NCBI GenBank assembly: GCA_030167865.1
Contig: JALAGF010004851.1
Span: 1 to 64,000, forward strand
DNA: 64,000 nt
Source: Craspedostauros australis
Lineage: Eukaryota
Reading direction: 5' to 3'
In this document: positions 33,520-44,760 of the stretch, piece by piece
Position numbering within the stretch: position 1 is the stretch's first letter
How the letters are laid out: each line of letters starts with the position of its first letter
Notes under the pieces: generated by a model
The model's input: only the letters and a program-made list of their open reading frames with translations
Databases searched by the model: none
What the model was told of the DNA's origin: nothing
Made by a program: the position numbers and the translations under genes

Positions 33520-34553
33520 GTTTGTTGCTTGTGATCGGTTCTGTTTGTTGGTTGGCGTCTTTGGTTAGTTTCGGTGAGGAGCACGAGTGGCATGCGAACC
33601 GAGCACATACGTGCAGAGTAGCAGAAAAAGGGTATTGCTGGACAAGTGAGCATCAGCTCTCGGGGGGCGACTATGGGCACGAGCACGGGCATGAACACGA
33701 GCGCCTCACATCGCGTGCAGGTCTTCGTGAGCTCACACTGCGCTCATGAAGTTCGACGAAGCGATGTGATCTTGTTCCTGCGGTCATCTGCACTGCCTTG
33801 TTGCCTCACTTCTCACCAACACCGCACCAGCACAATGGTGTTCATGTTGGCGAGAGACACGCGCCAACGGATGAACATACTCGTTAGATCGCATGCAGTT
33901 TTCATACCTGTGATGGTCTTGTGAGCTTCTTCGCGAGAAGGTGTCAGAGTTCGATGGTATGGCACGATCTCCTCAGGTCGCACAGAGATGTGCAAGTATG
34001 GCAAAAGATTGTGTTTGGCGTTGTGGGGAGAAGGGTGCCGCGCATGTTTGCTCCGCCCATGGCGTCGGTTGTGAGGGGGTGGGAATGCCCTCAAAGATTT
34101 GAGGGAGTGGCATCGTCGTCGAGTATCTTTGTTGTGTTCGCCATAGATGGTTGCGGTGTCCCCCATAATCGCTCCCATAATCGCACCCCCTCGAGCCCAA
34201 CTGTTCTTTTTCGCTTCTCTTCGTCTCAACGCTTCTCATCGAAGGTTCTTCCAGAACTTTCCCAACAACGACAACAGACGGATAGGCGGGCAGACGTAAT
34301 GACATTGATCGCACCCGAAATTGGAGATACGAATGCGACCGACATCCACAAACAAAGACAACGCGAGGAGGAGTGCGAGGACACGTTGTCGTATGAGAAC
34401 GGGACGGCTGCTGTCTGGTCTGCGATCAACCCTGTTACTATGACCACCAGTACAATAGTCATACCATGCGACCTGTGAGGGACGAGAACGCTGACCACGA
34501 ATCCAAAACTGCGGGGTGTGGTGCCGTTGCCATTCTGCGCCCTACCTGTGAAC

Positions 34554-35831
34554 ATGATGGAAGAAGGAGAGCTGCCAAACGATGCCGAAAGCAGCCATGC
34601 GATCAACGCTGGCGATGGTAATGATGACCATTGCAGTGCCAGTGCCAGTGCCAATAGCAACTGCGGTGACGACGATATCGATGGCAACATCGGTCAGCTG
34701 AAAAGAACATTGGCGAAGAAGCGGAAGTACTCCTGCGACAGCACGGGGGACAGCAAGAGGGCTGCCAGGAAACGAGACAGGGGGCTGGACTTCGCCTGGC
34801 CGCCTCGCTTCGAGTCACGTGGATCCGAGTACATATTTGACACGCGATCCGAGATGTTTTACGAGGCCGGTAGTGACTTTTTCTACGACCCCAAAAGCAA
34901 GCTGTACTACGGCAACAAGCAGCGTGCGTATTTTCGATACGAAACCAAAGACGACAAGAGCGACGATGATGAAGGCTGTGACGAAGGCTACGGCGATGCT
35001 GAACCATTGTTGGTGGAAGTCGAAAAGGTCTCCAAGGACTACATGAGCACGTGCTTGGAGGTGACGCCACACTCGACCGCCGAACAATTAGCTGGCGGCG
35101 CCGCAAGCAATGACGGTCGCAAACGAATCGCCATCAATTTGAAGACCAAGAAACTGGCGAGGACCAATAATAGCATCAGCAACAACGGCGCTGGCAGCGG
35201 AAAAAACAATCCGCAACAACAACAGCAGCAGCAGCAGCAGCAACCCGCAGACAGATCCTTTGCGACGAAATCGAGACAAGCGCAGATGGCGAATATCCAA
35301 AAGTGGAACACGCAGGGAAAGAGCAAACGCAGAGAGGCGAAGCTCCGAAAGATCGTGCGGACCGTCAAGGGCGATCCTGTCTGCTTGCTGTGCCGGCGCA
35401 AGTTCAAATCCGATTGGAAGCTGGAACGACACGAGGATCTGTCCCAGATGCACAAGAGCAACCTCGCGAAGCACAACAGCAAAGGCGACAAGTACGTCGA
35501 CCGAGCGCAGAAGCGGAGAAACTTGCACTTTGGTATGGACAGTTCCTTCGTGCCGGCGGTGACAGCGACTGCGCAAGCCGCACCGGTTGCCTCGCACCAG
35601 CAGAGAAGGCCACAGCATGAGTTGAGTATCGTTGAGCAGGAGGAAACGGCATGGAGGGCCTCCCAACCCCAACACGAGGATCAGGACGGCGTCAGCAGCA
35701 GCAGCAGCGCCAACCTTGGAATGAAGATGCTTGAGAAGCTGGGGTGGAAGAAGGAGGCAAGCACGGATCCATCGCACGACAAACTCCGCAAAGATTGGGA
35801 TCGCATCGAATCCATGTCAAGAAAACGATGA
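34554..35831 (+). CDS. OCRE plus C2H2 zinc finger plus partial G-patch protein (RBM5/RBM10-like C-terminal architecture)
   Basis: YIFDTRSEMFYEAGSDFFYDPKSKLYY (OCRE), CLLCRRKF.....LERHEDLSQMHKSNL, YVDRAQKRR, NLGMKMLEKLGWK. Confidence 0.82.
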   Translation: MMEEGELPNDAESSHAINAGDGNDDHCSASASANSNCGDDDIDGNIGQLKRTLAKKRKYSCDSTGDSKRAARKRDRGLDFAWPPRFESRGSEYIFDTRSEMFYEAGSDFFYDPKSKLYYGNKQRAYFRYETKDDKSDDDEGCDEGYGDAEPLLVEVEKVSKDYMSTCLEVTPHSTAEQLAGGAASNDGRKRIAINLKTKKLARTNNSISNNGAGSGKNNPQQQQQQQQQQPADRSFATKSRQAQMANIQKWNTQGKSKRREAKLRKIVRTVKGDPVCLLCRRKFKSDWKLERHEDLSQMHKSNLAKHNSKGDKYVDRAQKRRNLHFGMDSSFVPAVTATAQAAPVASHQQRRPQHELSIVEQEETAWRASQPQHEDQDGVSSSSSANLGMKMLEKLGWKKEASTDPSHDKLRKDWDRIESMSRKR

Positions 35832-36304
35832 AGACTGCACCAGGCCCAGATCCAAACTAGTAAATATCATGTGGATGTGATGACTTAGCTTAACTGTACT
35901 GTACTTTCCACAGTGACGACAAGCTGCAGAACCATATCAGGTAATGGAAGGCCGTGTTCGTACCTGTATGCAGGTGGTGGAGATGCTGTGCTGTGCACAG
36001 AGACCAGAGAGATGGGCACCTGTGTCGATTCGTCACCCGCCAGTGGCAAAAGAGAGAAGGTCCGCGATTCGACAACTTCGACTGAAAAATACACGATTGG
36101 GGCAACACGAAGCTGTGCGTTGCAGGACACCAGACACAATCACCCACAACAAACCCAACAAGAGAGAGCACACGAACCGCGCCGCCACTCACACACTGCA
36201 ATTCAGTCCGAACAACGGCGCGCCAAGAGGCCACATGTCATAGAATACAATCTCTCTCTCTCTCTCTCTCCAGAGCATTCAACAGCAGATCAGGATAGAG
36301 CAAC

Positions 36305-37018
36305 ATGCTGTACTCCATCATCCTCCCAACATACAATGAACGCGAGAATCTGCCGATCATCTACTACCTGATCGATGACACGTTCAAGAAGGCCGGATTG
36401 AATTACGAGGTTGTGGTCGTGGATGACTCTTCACCCGACAACACCCTGGAGGTCGCGCAAGCGCTGCAGAAATCGTACGGCAAAGAGCACGTCACGATCG
36501 TCTCGCGGAAGGGAAAGCTGGGATTGGGCACGGCGTACATCGCCGGTCTCAAGGTCGCGAAGGGACAGCGCATCGTCATCATGGACGCCGACTTGTCGCA
36601 CCATCCCAAATTCATTCCGCAGATGGTCAAGCTGATGGATATCCCCGAGTCACCGCAGATTGTCACGGGCACGCGGTATCATCCCGACGGCGGCGTCAGC
36701 GGATGGGATCTGCGACGCAAATTGACCTCGAAGGGTGCCAATTTCTTGGCCGATTTTCTGCTGAATCCTGGTGTCAGCGACCTGACAGGGTCCTTCCGGT
36801 TGTACGAACGCGAAGTGCTGGAACGCATCCTGCCTGAGATCCAGTGCACGGGGTATGCCTTTCAGATGGAGATCGTGGTGCGAGCCAGGAAGGCAGGATA
36901 TCAGATCGCGGAGGTGCCCATCACGTTCGTCGATAGAATTTACGGCGAATCCAAGCTGGGGACGAAGGAGGTCATCATGTATCTGAAAGGATTGGCGCAG
37001 TTGTTCTTCACGACATGA
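36305..37018 (+). CDS. DPM1: Dolichol-phosphate mannosyltransferase subunit 1
   Basis: [82 protein letters not shown]. Confidence 0.96.
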   Translation: MLYSIILPTYNERENLPIIYYLIDDTFKKAGLNYEVVVVDDSSPDNTLEVAQALQKSYGKEHVTIVSRKGKLGLGTAYIAGLKVAKGQRIVIMDADLSHHPKFIPQMVKLMDIPESPQIVTGTRYHPDGGVSGWDLRRKLTSKGANFLADFLLNPGVSDLTGSFRLYEREVLERILPEIQCTGYAFQMEIVVRARKAGYQIAEVPITFVDRIYGESKLGTKEVIMYLKGLAQLFFTT

Positions 37019-37746
37019 GGTCGGCTTGGTCGCATGATGGGTGTTTGAGAGTGTCGCAGTCGAACAAGTGAGTAGCGAGTCGCAAGTGGTGGGACGAGCA
37101 TGGCTGTCTCAAGAGATCACCCCGCTGTCGGAATACATGGAGAGTGCCTCCACATTGATGGAAGGAATGTTGCTATGGTTGGACCGTCGGTCATGCGGAG
37201 GTGTGGTAGATCCACTTTGATTGCAAGAATAGTATTATACTCCACGAACTTACTACATTCGTGTTACCATGACTCGCACACGCACCGGCGCGCAGTCCCG
37301 ACCCAGCTGGTTGGGAAGGTGCCAGGAACCAAGAAGAGGCGGAAGGGTGATGACTTTACGTTGGGATCCTTGGGAGGGGACTCTATAAGTACCTTCTTTG
37401 CGGAGTTCTTTCCCACCTGGTTTACCGACTGACGTATCTCCCGCCAATGCGACAGATGATGGGCTCCAACGTCCGTCCCAACAAAACAACCACGATGACG
37501 ACGACGACGACAACAACAACACACAAAGGAGAGTGAATTGGTGAATCCAATTGTTGTCATGTACTATTTCCGGTGAATGCGACTACAACTCCGCATACCT
37601 GCATTGTTGGCTGCACTGCGCGACAATAGCACATCGTAATTAGCATATGCGATCTTCCCGATCCATTGCACTCACAGCATTTATTCCTGCCACCATCAAT
37701 AGCAGCGCCATCAACAATGATCCAACCAACAGGATCGACGTTGCCG

Positions 37747-38980
37747 ATGCGGCTGCAGTTCCTGCTGATCGCCATCGCAATCTACGTGCTCCTCCCACAA
37801 GGAGCAACAGCATTCTTTGCACAACAGCCTGCACCCGGCAACAAGGGCAAGTCCCAAATCCCATCCAACTACAAGGTCCTCATCCTGCCAGGGTTCGGCA
37901 ATGATTCCGCCGACTACACCGCACCGTCGGAGAAGTGCTTGATCCAAAGCCTGGAGCAGAAGGGCTGGTCACAAGAACAGATCGACGTGCTGCCTGTCGA
38001 ACGCTCCGACTGGTTGCAGGTGTTCACCAACGGCATCTTCGATTTGAAATTTTGGCAATCTGATGCGCCACCCACACGTCCGGCCTTTCGTTGGTATTTG
38101 GATCGCGTCGCGACACACATCGACGAGCACGTCGGACCGGATGAGAAAGTTCTGCTTCTGGGGCATTCCGCCGGCGGGTGGTTGGGCCGCGCCGCCGTGG
38201 GGTACGGCAATCAAATGTCGGGCGAGGCGGAACCTGTGGATCTGGACAAGGTGGCGGGTTTCGTGACACTGGGCGCGCCGCATTTGCCGCCGCCGGAAGG
38301 TGTCATGGACATGACGCGGGGTGCGTTGCGGTTGACCAATGAGGAATTCCCTGGATGCTACCATGCGCCGTCGGCATTTTACATCACGGTGTGCGGATTG
38401 GCAATCCGTGGGGAAGAGCAACAGCGGAAGGCTCCGTGGGAGCCAACCACCGTCAAGGGCTTTGCCTACAACTCCTACGAGGGCGTTTGCGGCAATGGCA
38501 CGGCCATTGGCGATGGCGTTGTGCCACTCCCTTCTGCTCATCTGGAAGGCGCTGAGCAGGTACGTCGTTGGTTGCCAATATGATTTTCTGCCACGCACGG
38601 AACAATGGGCACGTCTCCATTGTTCGGCACATCTGAGATTCGTCTCTGCTCGGTCTTGTTGGCCGTCTGCTGCGAGTGCATGAGTGTTCGACTCATACAT
38701 AGTACTCGTGGGTATACACTTTCGTTTTCCACACCCAATCCTCACTCATGTATTCATGCGCTCATGCGTTGATGCACTCGCTCATTTCGCCACGCTCACG
38801 GCAATTCGTTGTATCCTGTACGAATAATTGTAGATCGATTTGGAAGGTGTTCTGCACTCCATCAACTCTCCTGACAATTGGTACGGATCCATCGACATCA
38901 TCGATCAATGGCACGATGAGATGCTTTCGCAAGTGGCATCCCAAATCAGACCCAAACGGCCCACGTTGAAGTTCTTCTGA
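37747..38980 (+). CDS. PGAP1-like alpha/beta hydrolase (lipase/esterase), probably plastid-targeted (exons 37747-38559, 38834-38980)
   Basis: ILPGFGN, GHSAGGWLGR nucleophile elbow, VTLGAPH, GDGVVP, LEGA.Q|I.LEGV.HS..WYGS. Signal peptide ending ATA-F. Alternative start at 37717. Confidence 0.85.
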
Positions 38981-39130
38981 GTACAAGCTACGAGTACACA
39001 GGATTGCTAAATGGAGCAAAGCAGAGCAGAGTATTGGTACGGAGAGTCCTTTACTCCCCATGTGGAGTAGGACTCGTGCAACACCGTGATGCGATTGACA
39101 AACCGAAAAGATCCGAATGTACTGGTGCTC

Positions 39131-39154
39131 GTACGAGTACGAGTACGAGTACGA
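39131..39154 (+). repeat. (GTACGA)4 tandem hexamer
   Basis: gtacgagtacgagtacgagtacga between two convergent 3' ends. Confidence 0.85.
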
Positions 39155-39636
39155 AGATGCGCCAGCAGCCCGTCGGCAACAGTCACGCTCGTACTGTACA
39201 AAAACAAACTCAAATTCACTCTCTTTTTCTCTCGTCCGGAAGCTGAAGTCGTGATGAGAATGTTCATGTTCAGGTGATAACAGTTGGATCAGTCCTATAC
39301 TAATACGTGTGGTGGTTGTGGTAGCAAGAAACTGTACATGGTTATTTGCGGTGGTATTCATTATGAAGAAGCATGAACGGAATCAGCCGAATCGGCGATG
39401 CCTGTCTCTCCCTGTTCATTTATCGCTTTGGTCTGGCCTGGTGTGGTCTATGCTGTAGTGTGATGTGGCTGGTTGGCTGTTGCAGTTTCTGATGAAGTGT
39501 TCCGAATTGCACAAAAGTCAAAGGCATGGCATTCGTCTTGGAATGACTTGCCTTCTAGTGTTGGCACGGGATGGGAATGGAACGCTGTGCCCTCCGAGGC
39601 CATGACCATATTTCTTCACAAGTTTATGTGGAGCAC

Positions 39637-42600
39637 CTAAATTGCAGCTGCCTCTGGTTTCGCAGCCTTCTGGTCTCGATCGTCGTTGGAGAGGTTGGTG
39701 TCAGATCCCTTGCGCTTGCCAAGTGACGACGTTGATCCTGGTGTTGAGGCGTCGCTGATGGGATTGGCAGGAAGAGCCACTTGAGCAGAAGCAGGAGGAT
39801 AAGATGATGGTCGAGGATGATGGGATTTTTCGGTTCGGAGGTGCGCATCGGACAGCGGGTGTCTTTCGGCGAAAGAGCGGATCGCCTTTGGCCCGAGCTC
39901 GATCGGTTTGGCACCAGCACGAATGCCATCTTTCGTGTCCTTCAGTCCAAGCGCTTGTGCGGCGAATGTGTAATACCGACGCAACACAGAGCTCAACGAC
40001 GACGATCCTTTCAGGTTGTTCAATCGCTTTTGCGTTGCCTCAGGGACGTTGTCGCAGCTATCCAGATGCAATCGCTGGAACTCGCGCACGGCTTCGTAGA
40101 TGCTGTTGATGGAGAATGGATACGACACAGCATGCCCGACGACGGTGCCCTGCTTGCGCAAAGAGCAGTGAATGCAACGAATGCCCACCTGCCCGAATTG
40201 CACAGGCTGCTTCTTGTCGACCTTCGCCATCTTCACATCTTGCTCGATCGCGCAGAACACTTCCAGTTGCTTGCGAACGAAGCAGTCCACATCTGACAAC
40301 CAATCCTTGTCTTCAGGAATGGCCAGCAATGTACGTGACGACGGCGATGGTGGTTCCTGCGACACTTGCGATAGCTCTGATGCAGAGGCCAACACCTTGG
40401 CCGCCTCGAGGTACGAACGCTGCACGACGACGTTGCTCTCTTCGCTGTCTTTGGTGGATGGGGAATCATGCTTGCCTTGCTGTGATGATGGCTGCGATCC
40501 GTCCTTCAGAGATTGCGTGTCCTCCGTTTTCACAGTGAGCGAATTAGCCCGGCGCGATGCGGATCGCTGCGCTTCGTCAGACGATGATGCTGCTGCTGAT
40601 GGCTGCGCTCCCTCATTCCCGCCCGTCAGCTGCTGACCGGAATCAGGCTGCACTGGATCTTCCTTGTGAAGCCTGCGCCACATGCGACGGAAGAAGACCT
40701 TTTGCGATCCACGTGGGAGCCGCGCCATCTGCTCGGGGTGGAACTGCTTGAGCTGTCGCAAGGCGTCCTTCGTTTGCTGCGAGCAGCGTCGGCACTTGAG
40801 GATGTGACCTGGGATCTCGGCGAAGCTGTTCGCCAAGCGATCCACGTTGCTCCAGAAGAACTTTCGTGAGTTGTGCACATCTGCGCAGTGAACGCATTGC
40901 AGACCGCCGTACCCGATCTTGATCTTTTCTCTCTTCCCTCCTCTCGTCTTGCGGTCGGATTCGGAGAAGCGACACACCCGCAGTTGCTTCATCAGGTGGA
41001 AGAAGTAATCAGTGAGCAACAACCGGTCCTCGTCGAACACCAGCTTGGGGAGAGGCACGCCGTTGTCATCGTAATTGTGTTCATCCTTTTCGTTGGCGAT
41101 GAGGTAGTTGCGCATCTGGGCGAGAGTATCTCCGGCATTTTCAAGGTGCGCGGCATGCCGTTCGTTGGGTGCAGATGCGAATGGAGGACCGCTTTGTTGT
41201 GGATGGTGTGGCGGTTGCTGCGATTGGTGTTGCTGAGCGGATTGGGCTTGCTGTGAGAGCGGATGCGAGTGCGGCGACTGCGATGGGTGGTGCTGAGAGG
41301 ACTGCGAGTGAGGACCTGCCGGGTGCATCTGTCCCCCGCCCGACATCTCCGGATATCGCATCCCGTGCGGACCCGACTCCATCTGGTGTCCTGGGTATTG
41401 CATGTAAGGCGACATCTGGTCCTGGCCACCAGGATACCCGGGCATGGATGGGTGTTGGTTGTGCGGATCCCAACCGCCGTAACCAGGCGGTCCACCGTAA
41501 GGTGAACCGTAGTGAGGCGGACCGCCCTGATACATGGCGGAAGGTGAGGCGGCGCTTTGGTGGTACGAGCGGCAGATGGTGAGATGCTGATCGATGAAGC
41601 TGCCGGGGGGCGGGGCGCCACCCGAGGTGGACCATATCGATTGCGGTTCGCGGTATTGAGGATGGACATGGGCGCAGTACTTGCACTGCCATGAACCGCT
41701 GGCATCCTGATAGTAGGGGAAGTTGGAGGGGGAATCAGGCTGCTGAGGTTGTCCGTAGTAGGCTCCGTGCCGACCAGGAGCACCGGCCGGGCCCGCAGCA
41801 GAGGGGTCGCATCCGTCCCCACCCTGCTCGGCGCCTGGTGGCATCTGCGATGGCGGACCGCCCATGCCATCAGCCGAAGGCGGGTACTGGCCGTCACCTC
41901 CCATTGGACCCTGCGCTGCGTACGGCGGATATCCTGGTGACCCGTGGGCCCCGGATGGTGGTGACGTGTCGGAGGAGTCGCCTGGCCTTTCTCTCCGTGT
42001 TTGGAGCGGAGTTGGCTGCAACGCACCCTCCTGAGGAATGCTGCCTGGGTAATGGGCCCGCGTGGAGTAGCTTGGTTGGGTTGGCGTGGGATACGACATC
42101 CTTTCCGACGACATGCCGTAGCCCGGGCGCTCTGCCGACATGGGAACGTAGCCGCCCCCCCGTGGCCCTGGCGTTTCCATGGCGCCGCCGTGATGCCTCT
42201 TCGTGTCGCTGAATTCGATCCCCATCTTCGGTGGTTGCTTGTCGACGACCCCCAGCCGTCGGCTCAGGGACATGCAGAAGTCCATGAGCAACATCATGCA
42301 ACGTTCATGTTCCTCCACAGCAGCGCTCTTGGGTCCCCTCGGCGACAGATCAGCCTTGCGTTTCGCCGCCGCACGTTCGCACGCCTCCTGTATTTCATTC
42401 GGAACCATGCCGCACGTGGTGAGATGCTGATCGGCGACCATCCTGACATTGGCAGCTATTGACCCCAAGCTGCCTGGGAAGACCATGTTGTAGACGGCGG
42501 ATGGCAACGGTCGCTGCGCGCAGTGGGCACAGCGCAGACCGACCTGACCAGGTACGACGGGGACCCCGCCCGTCCGCCTGGCATCTGATTCTGCCGCCTG

Positions 42601-43170
42601 TTCTGGAGTGGCCTCGAAGAACTCGATGTTGGAACATGCGAATGCGTCCTCCGGGGCCAGGTTCGATGTCTCCCTCGGCCCCAGCAGCGTTATTGATCGC
42701 GACACGAGCTTCCGTTGTCCATGCTCATCCATGGTGTATCGTGGATCTGCGGGCGATTTGCTGCGTGAGGAGAATGATGTCATGGAGGCCGGGGCTGGCG
42801 GCTGCGGTGGCATCCCAGGTGGTGGCATCCCCGACGGAGTATGCGTCATCCCTGAAGGCGGCATGTGATGCTCCATTCCCGGTTGTGGCGGTGGGTGATG
42901 CTGGAAGTAGGGGGAGACCTGCGGTGGCGGAGCGCCCATGGTGGAGTGGGGATGCTGTGGATAGTGCTGCTGTTGGTGTTGGTGTTGTTGTTGCTGCTGT
43001 TGCTGGTTCGAATGTTGCTGCTGCTGCTGCTGCTGCTGCTGATAGTGATGATGCGGATGCTGAGATCGGTGCGGACACTGCGTGAGCTCGTGCTCCTTGG
43101 CCTCCTCAAAGGTATCACAGGGCTGCCTGCAATAGTCGCAAGTCCAGAAGCCCCTTGATTGCGTAGGCAT
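39637..43170 (-). CDS. Uncharacterised diatom-type protein with three Cys/His GQVG[IL]RCxHC domains and Q/P-rich low-complexity regions
   Basis: GQVGLRCAHC...HLTTC, YGGLQCVHC...HILKC, GQVGIRCIHC...HLDSC. N-terminal WTCDYC...EHE..C knuckle and polyQ. First ATG at 43170. Confidence 0.85.
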   Translation of the reverse strand: MPTQSRGFWTCDYCRQPCDTFEEAKEHELTQCPHRSQHPHHHYQQQQQQQQQHSNQQQQQQQHQHQQQHYPQHPHSTMGAPPPQVSPYFQHHPPPQPGMEHHMPPSGMTHTPSGMPPPGMPPQPPAPASMTSFSSRSKSPADPRYTMDEHGQRKLVSRSITLLGPRETSNLAPEDAFACSNIEFFEATPEQAAESDARRTGGVPVVPGQVGLRCAHCAQRPLPSAVYNMVFPGSLGSIAANVRMVADQHLTTCGMVPNEIQEACERAAAKRKADLSPRGPKSAAVEEHERCMMLLMDFCMSLSRRLGVVDKQPPKMGIEFSDTKRHHGGAMETPGPRGGGYVPMSAERPGYGMSSERMSYPTPTQPSYSTRAHYPGSIPQEGALQPTPLQTRRERPGDSSDTSPPSGAHGSPGYPPYAAQGPMGGDGQYPPSADGMGGPPSQMPPGAEQGGDGCDPSAAGPAGAPGRHGAYYGQPQQPDSPSNFPYYQDASGSWQCKYCAHVHPQYREPQSIWSTSGGAPPPGSFIDQHLTICRSYHQSAASPSAMYQGGPPHYGSPYGGPPGYGGWDPHNQHPSMPGYPGGQDQMSPYMQYPGHQMESGPHGMRYPEMSGGGQMHPAGPHSQSSQHHPSQSPHSHPLSQQAQSAQQHQSQQPPHHPQQSGPPFASAPNERHAAHLENAGDTLAQMRNYLIANEKDEHNYDDNGVPLPKLVFDEDRLLLTDYFFHLMKQLRVCRFSESDRKTRGGKREKIKIGYGGLQCVHCADVHNSRKFFWSNVDRLANSFAEIPGHILKCRRCSQQTKDALRQLKQFHPEQMARLPRGSQKVFFRRMWRRLHKEDPVQPDSGQQLTGGNEGAQPSAAASSSDEAQRSASRRANSLTVKTEDTQSLKDGSQPSSQQGKHDSPSTKDSEESNVVVQRSYLEAAKVLASASELSQVSQEPPSPSSRTLLAIPEDKDWLSDVDCFVRKQLEVFCAIEQDVKMAKVDKKQPVQFGQVGIRCIHCSLRKQGTVVGHAVSYPFSINSIYEAVREFQRLHLDSCDNVPEATQKRLNNLKGSSSLSSVLRRYYTFAAQALGLKDTKDGIRAGAKPIELGPKAIRSFAERHPLSDAHLRTEKSHHPRPSSYPPASAQVALPANPISDASTPGSTSSLGKRKGSDTNLSNDDRDQKAAKPEAAAI

Positions 43171-44686
43171 AACAGACAACGCTCCCCCTGACGAGCAGTC
43201 CGATCAATAGATCTGTGAATGGATGGTTGGATGATCGGATGGTCTTTCCCAATACGTGCCTTCTGTTGCGCGCTCTTTGTTCGGTGCGCGTGTGGATGTG
43301 ATTGGTGAAGGGCCCAGCTAGCGAGTTGTATTGATGTCTCACGGCGAGGGATGATGGTCGCGACTACTACTGCGATTGTGATGCCAATGAGATCTTGAGA
43401 TTCCCTCAGTTGTTGGCGTCAGGACTTTTGGTGCTGTCGATAGTGCTGTCGGTAGTGATGACGGTAGTGATGACGGCTGTGACAATGAAGCTGACGGTGA
43501 CGGTGACGATTTGACCTTTGCTTTGGTTTCTGGTGGTACTGGTTCTGCCGACTTGATCATGTGTTGATGTTTGGTACGATCGAAATTGCTGGAGTGAGGC
43601 GGCTATGTCTCTTGAACTGGATTTTGCGCTCGGCTGGGGCTTAGGTGGCGAGTTGATGGCTGATTGGTTCTTTCTTGGTCCACTGTTGCCGTTGCTGTTA
43701 TTGCTGTCAATAGTGATGCTGATGTTGATGCTGAAAGGACTTGTTCCGGCAGAGGCGGTTGCGTGTACTCGTATGTGACAATTGCACAACGCTCGTGTTA
43801 GTGGTCGCCTATTGCTGAATTGGCAAGGAAGGTCGTTGTTGACGCACTCGGAGTATCCGCACTTGTGGCGTGATGTTGGAGACTTCTGTGCGGTGCGGTA
43901 CTGTGCCTGTCGTTGTTACTGGGGGCGATGAGAATGGCGGGATTGTTTGCGTTCTTATCTCCGCCGCGTTCTATCCGTTGATGGCCGCTGCGTCTGCCTG
44001 TGTGCGTTATGATGCTGATTGTTGATGTTGGTCTTGGCGCCACAGCTTTTGGCTGTTCTTGCTCCGATCCTTTCTTGGTTGTGCCTGATACAGCGGTGTT
44101 CGCCTTGTTCGCTGTTGCTGCCGCTGTCAGGCGTGGCTGCGCTGCTGTTCCTGTTTGTGCGGTCGTTGTCGCTGGCTGGGACACGTGTGAAGTGTTCCCA
44201 AACTGTCTCCGCTCTCCGGAGTGCTCGCAAGAGCTGCGTTCCAATGATGGGCGCGCTGCCGTTCCTGGTCGGTTGGCGAATCGGTGTTTTTGTGTCAACT
44301 GAGCAAGAGAGACAAAGTGGTCTGATGGCACTTCTCGTAACTTGCTTCTTGTGGCGCTCCGCTTGTTCGCCCTCGACGGTTCACTTTATTCTTCGTGTGC
44401 CTGCCCACTACGATCACTCAACGAATCAAATGAAGCCACTCGACGGAACCACTCGATGGAACCACTGGATGAATCAATCAGAAGCTCTGTGTTGTGTTGT
44501 GTTGTGTTGTGTTGTGGGCACTGCAATGCATTCGCGTCTGGCCAACTTTTTGTGTGGTTTCGACTTCAAAAACGCGGACAACAGGTTCCGACGTGATTTC
44601 TTGCGTCCTTGGTTTGAAAGATGAGCGCGAGAACACCGAAAGAGTCTCCCTTGTTGTTGTCGTTGTTGTTGTTGCTGCTTCTGCTG

Positions 44687-44760
44687 GTGTGGATGCTGTT
44701 AGTGTGGATGCTGATGCTGTTAGTGTGGATGCTGATGCTGTTGCTGTTGCTGATGCTGAT
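44687..44760 (+). repeat. Short minisatellite (GTGTGGATGCTG[ATGCTG]TTA units)
   Basis: About three copies of gtgtggatgctg..., decaying into (gctgat) repeats. Confidence 0.7.

Noticed and set aside
43339-43560. Upstream ORF as a first coding exon of the 43170 gene
   Set aside because: The apparent donor (CC|GTGAGA, phase 2) does not match the phase needed at the acceptor near 43188, so splicing would shift frame.
44549-44559. TTTGTGTGGTT, complementary to the histone downstream tail (possible U7-like RNA)
   Set aside because: An 11-mer in a GT-rich tract, with no Sm-like site or hairpin recognised after it. Expected by composition.
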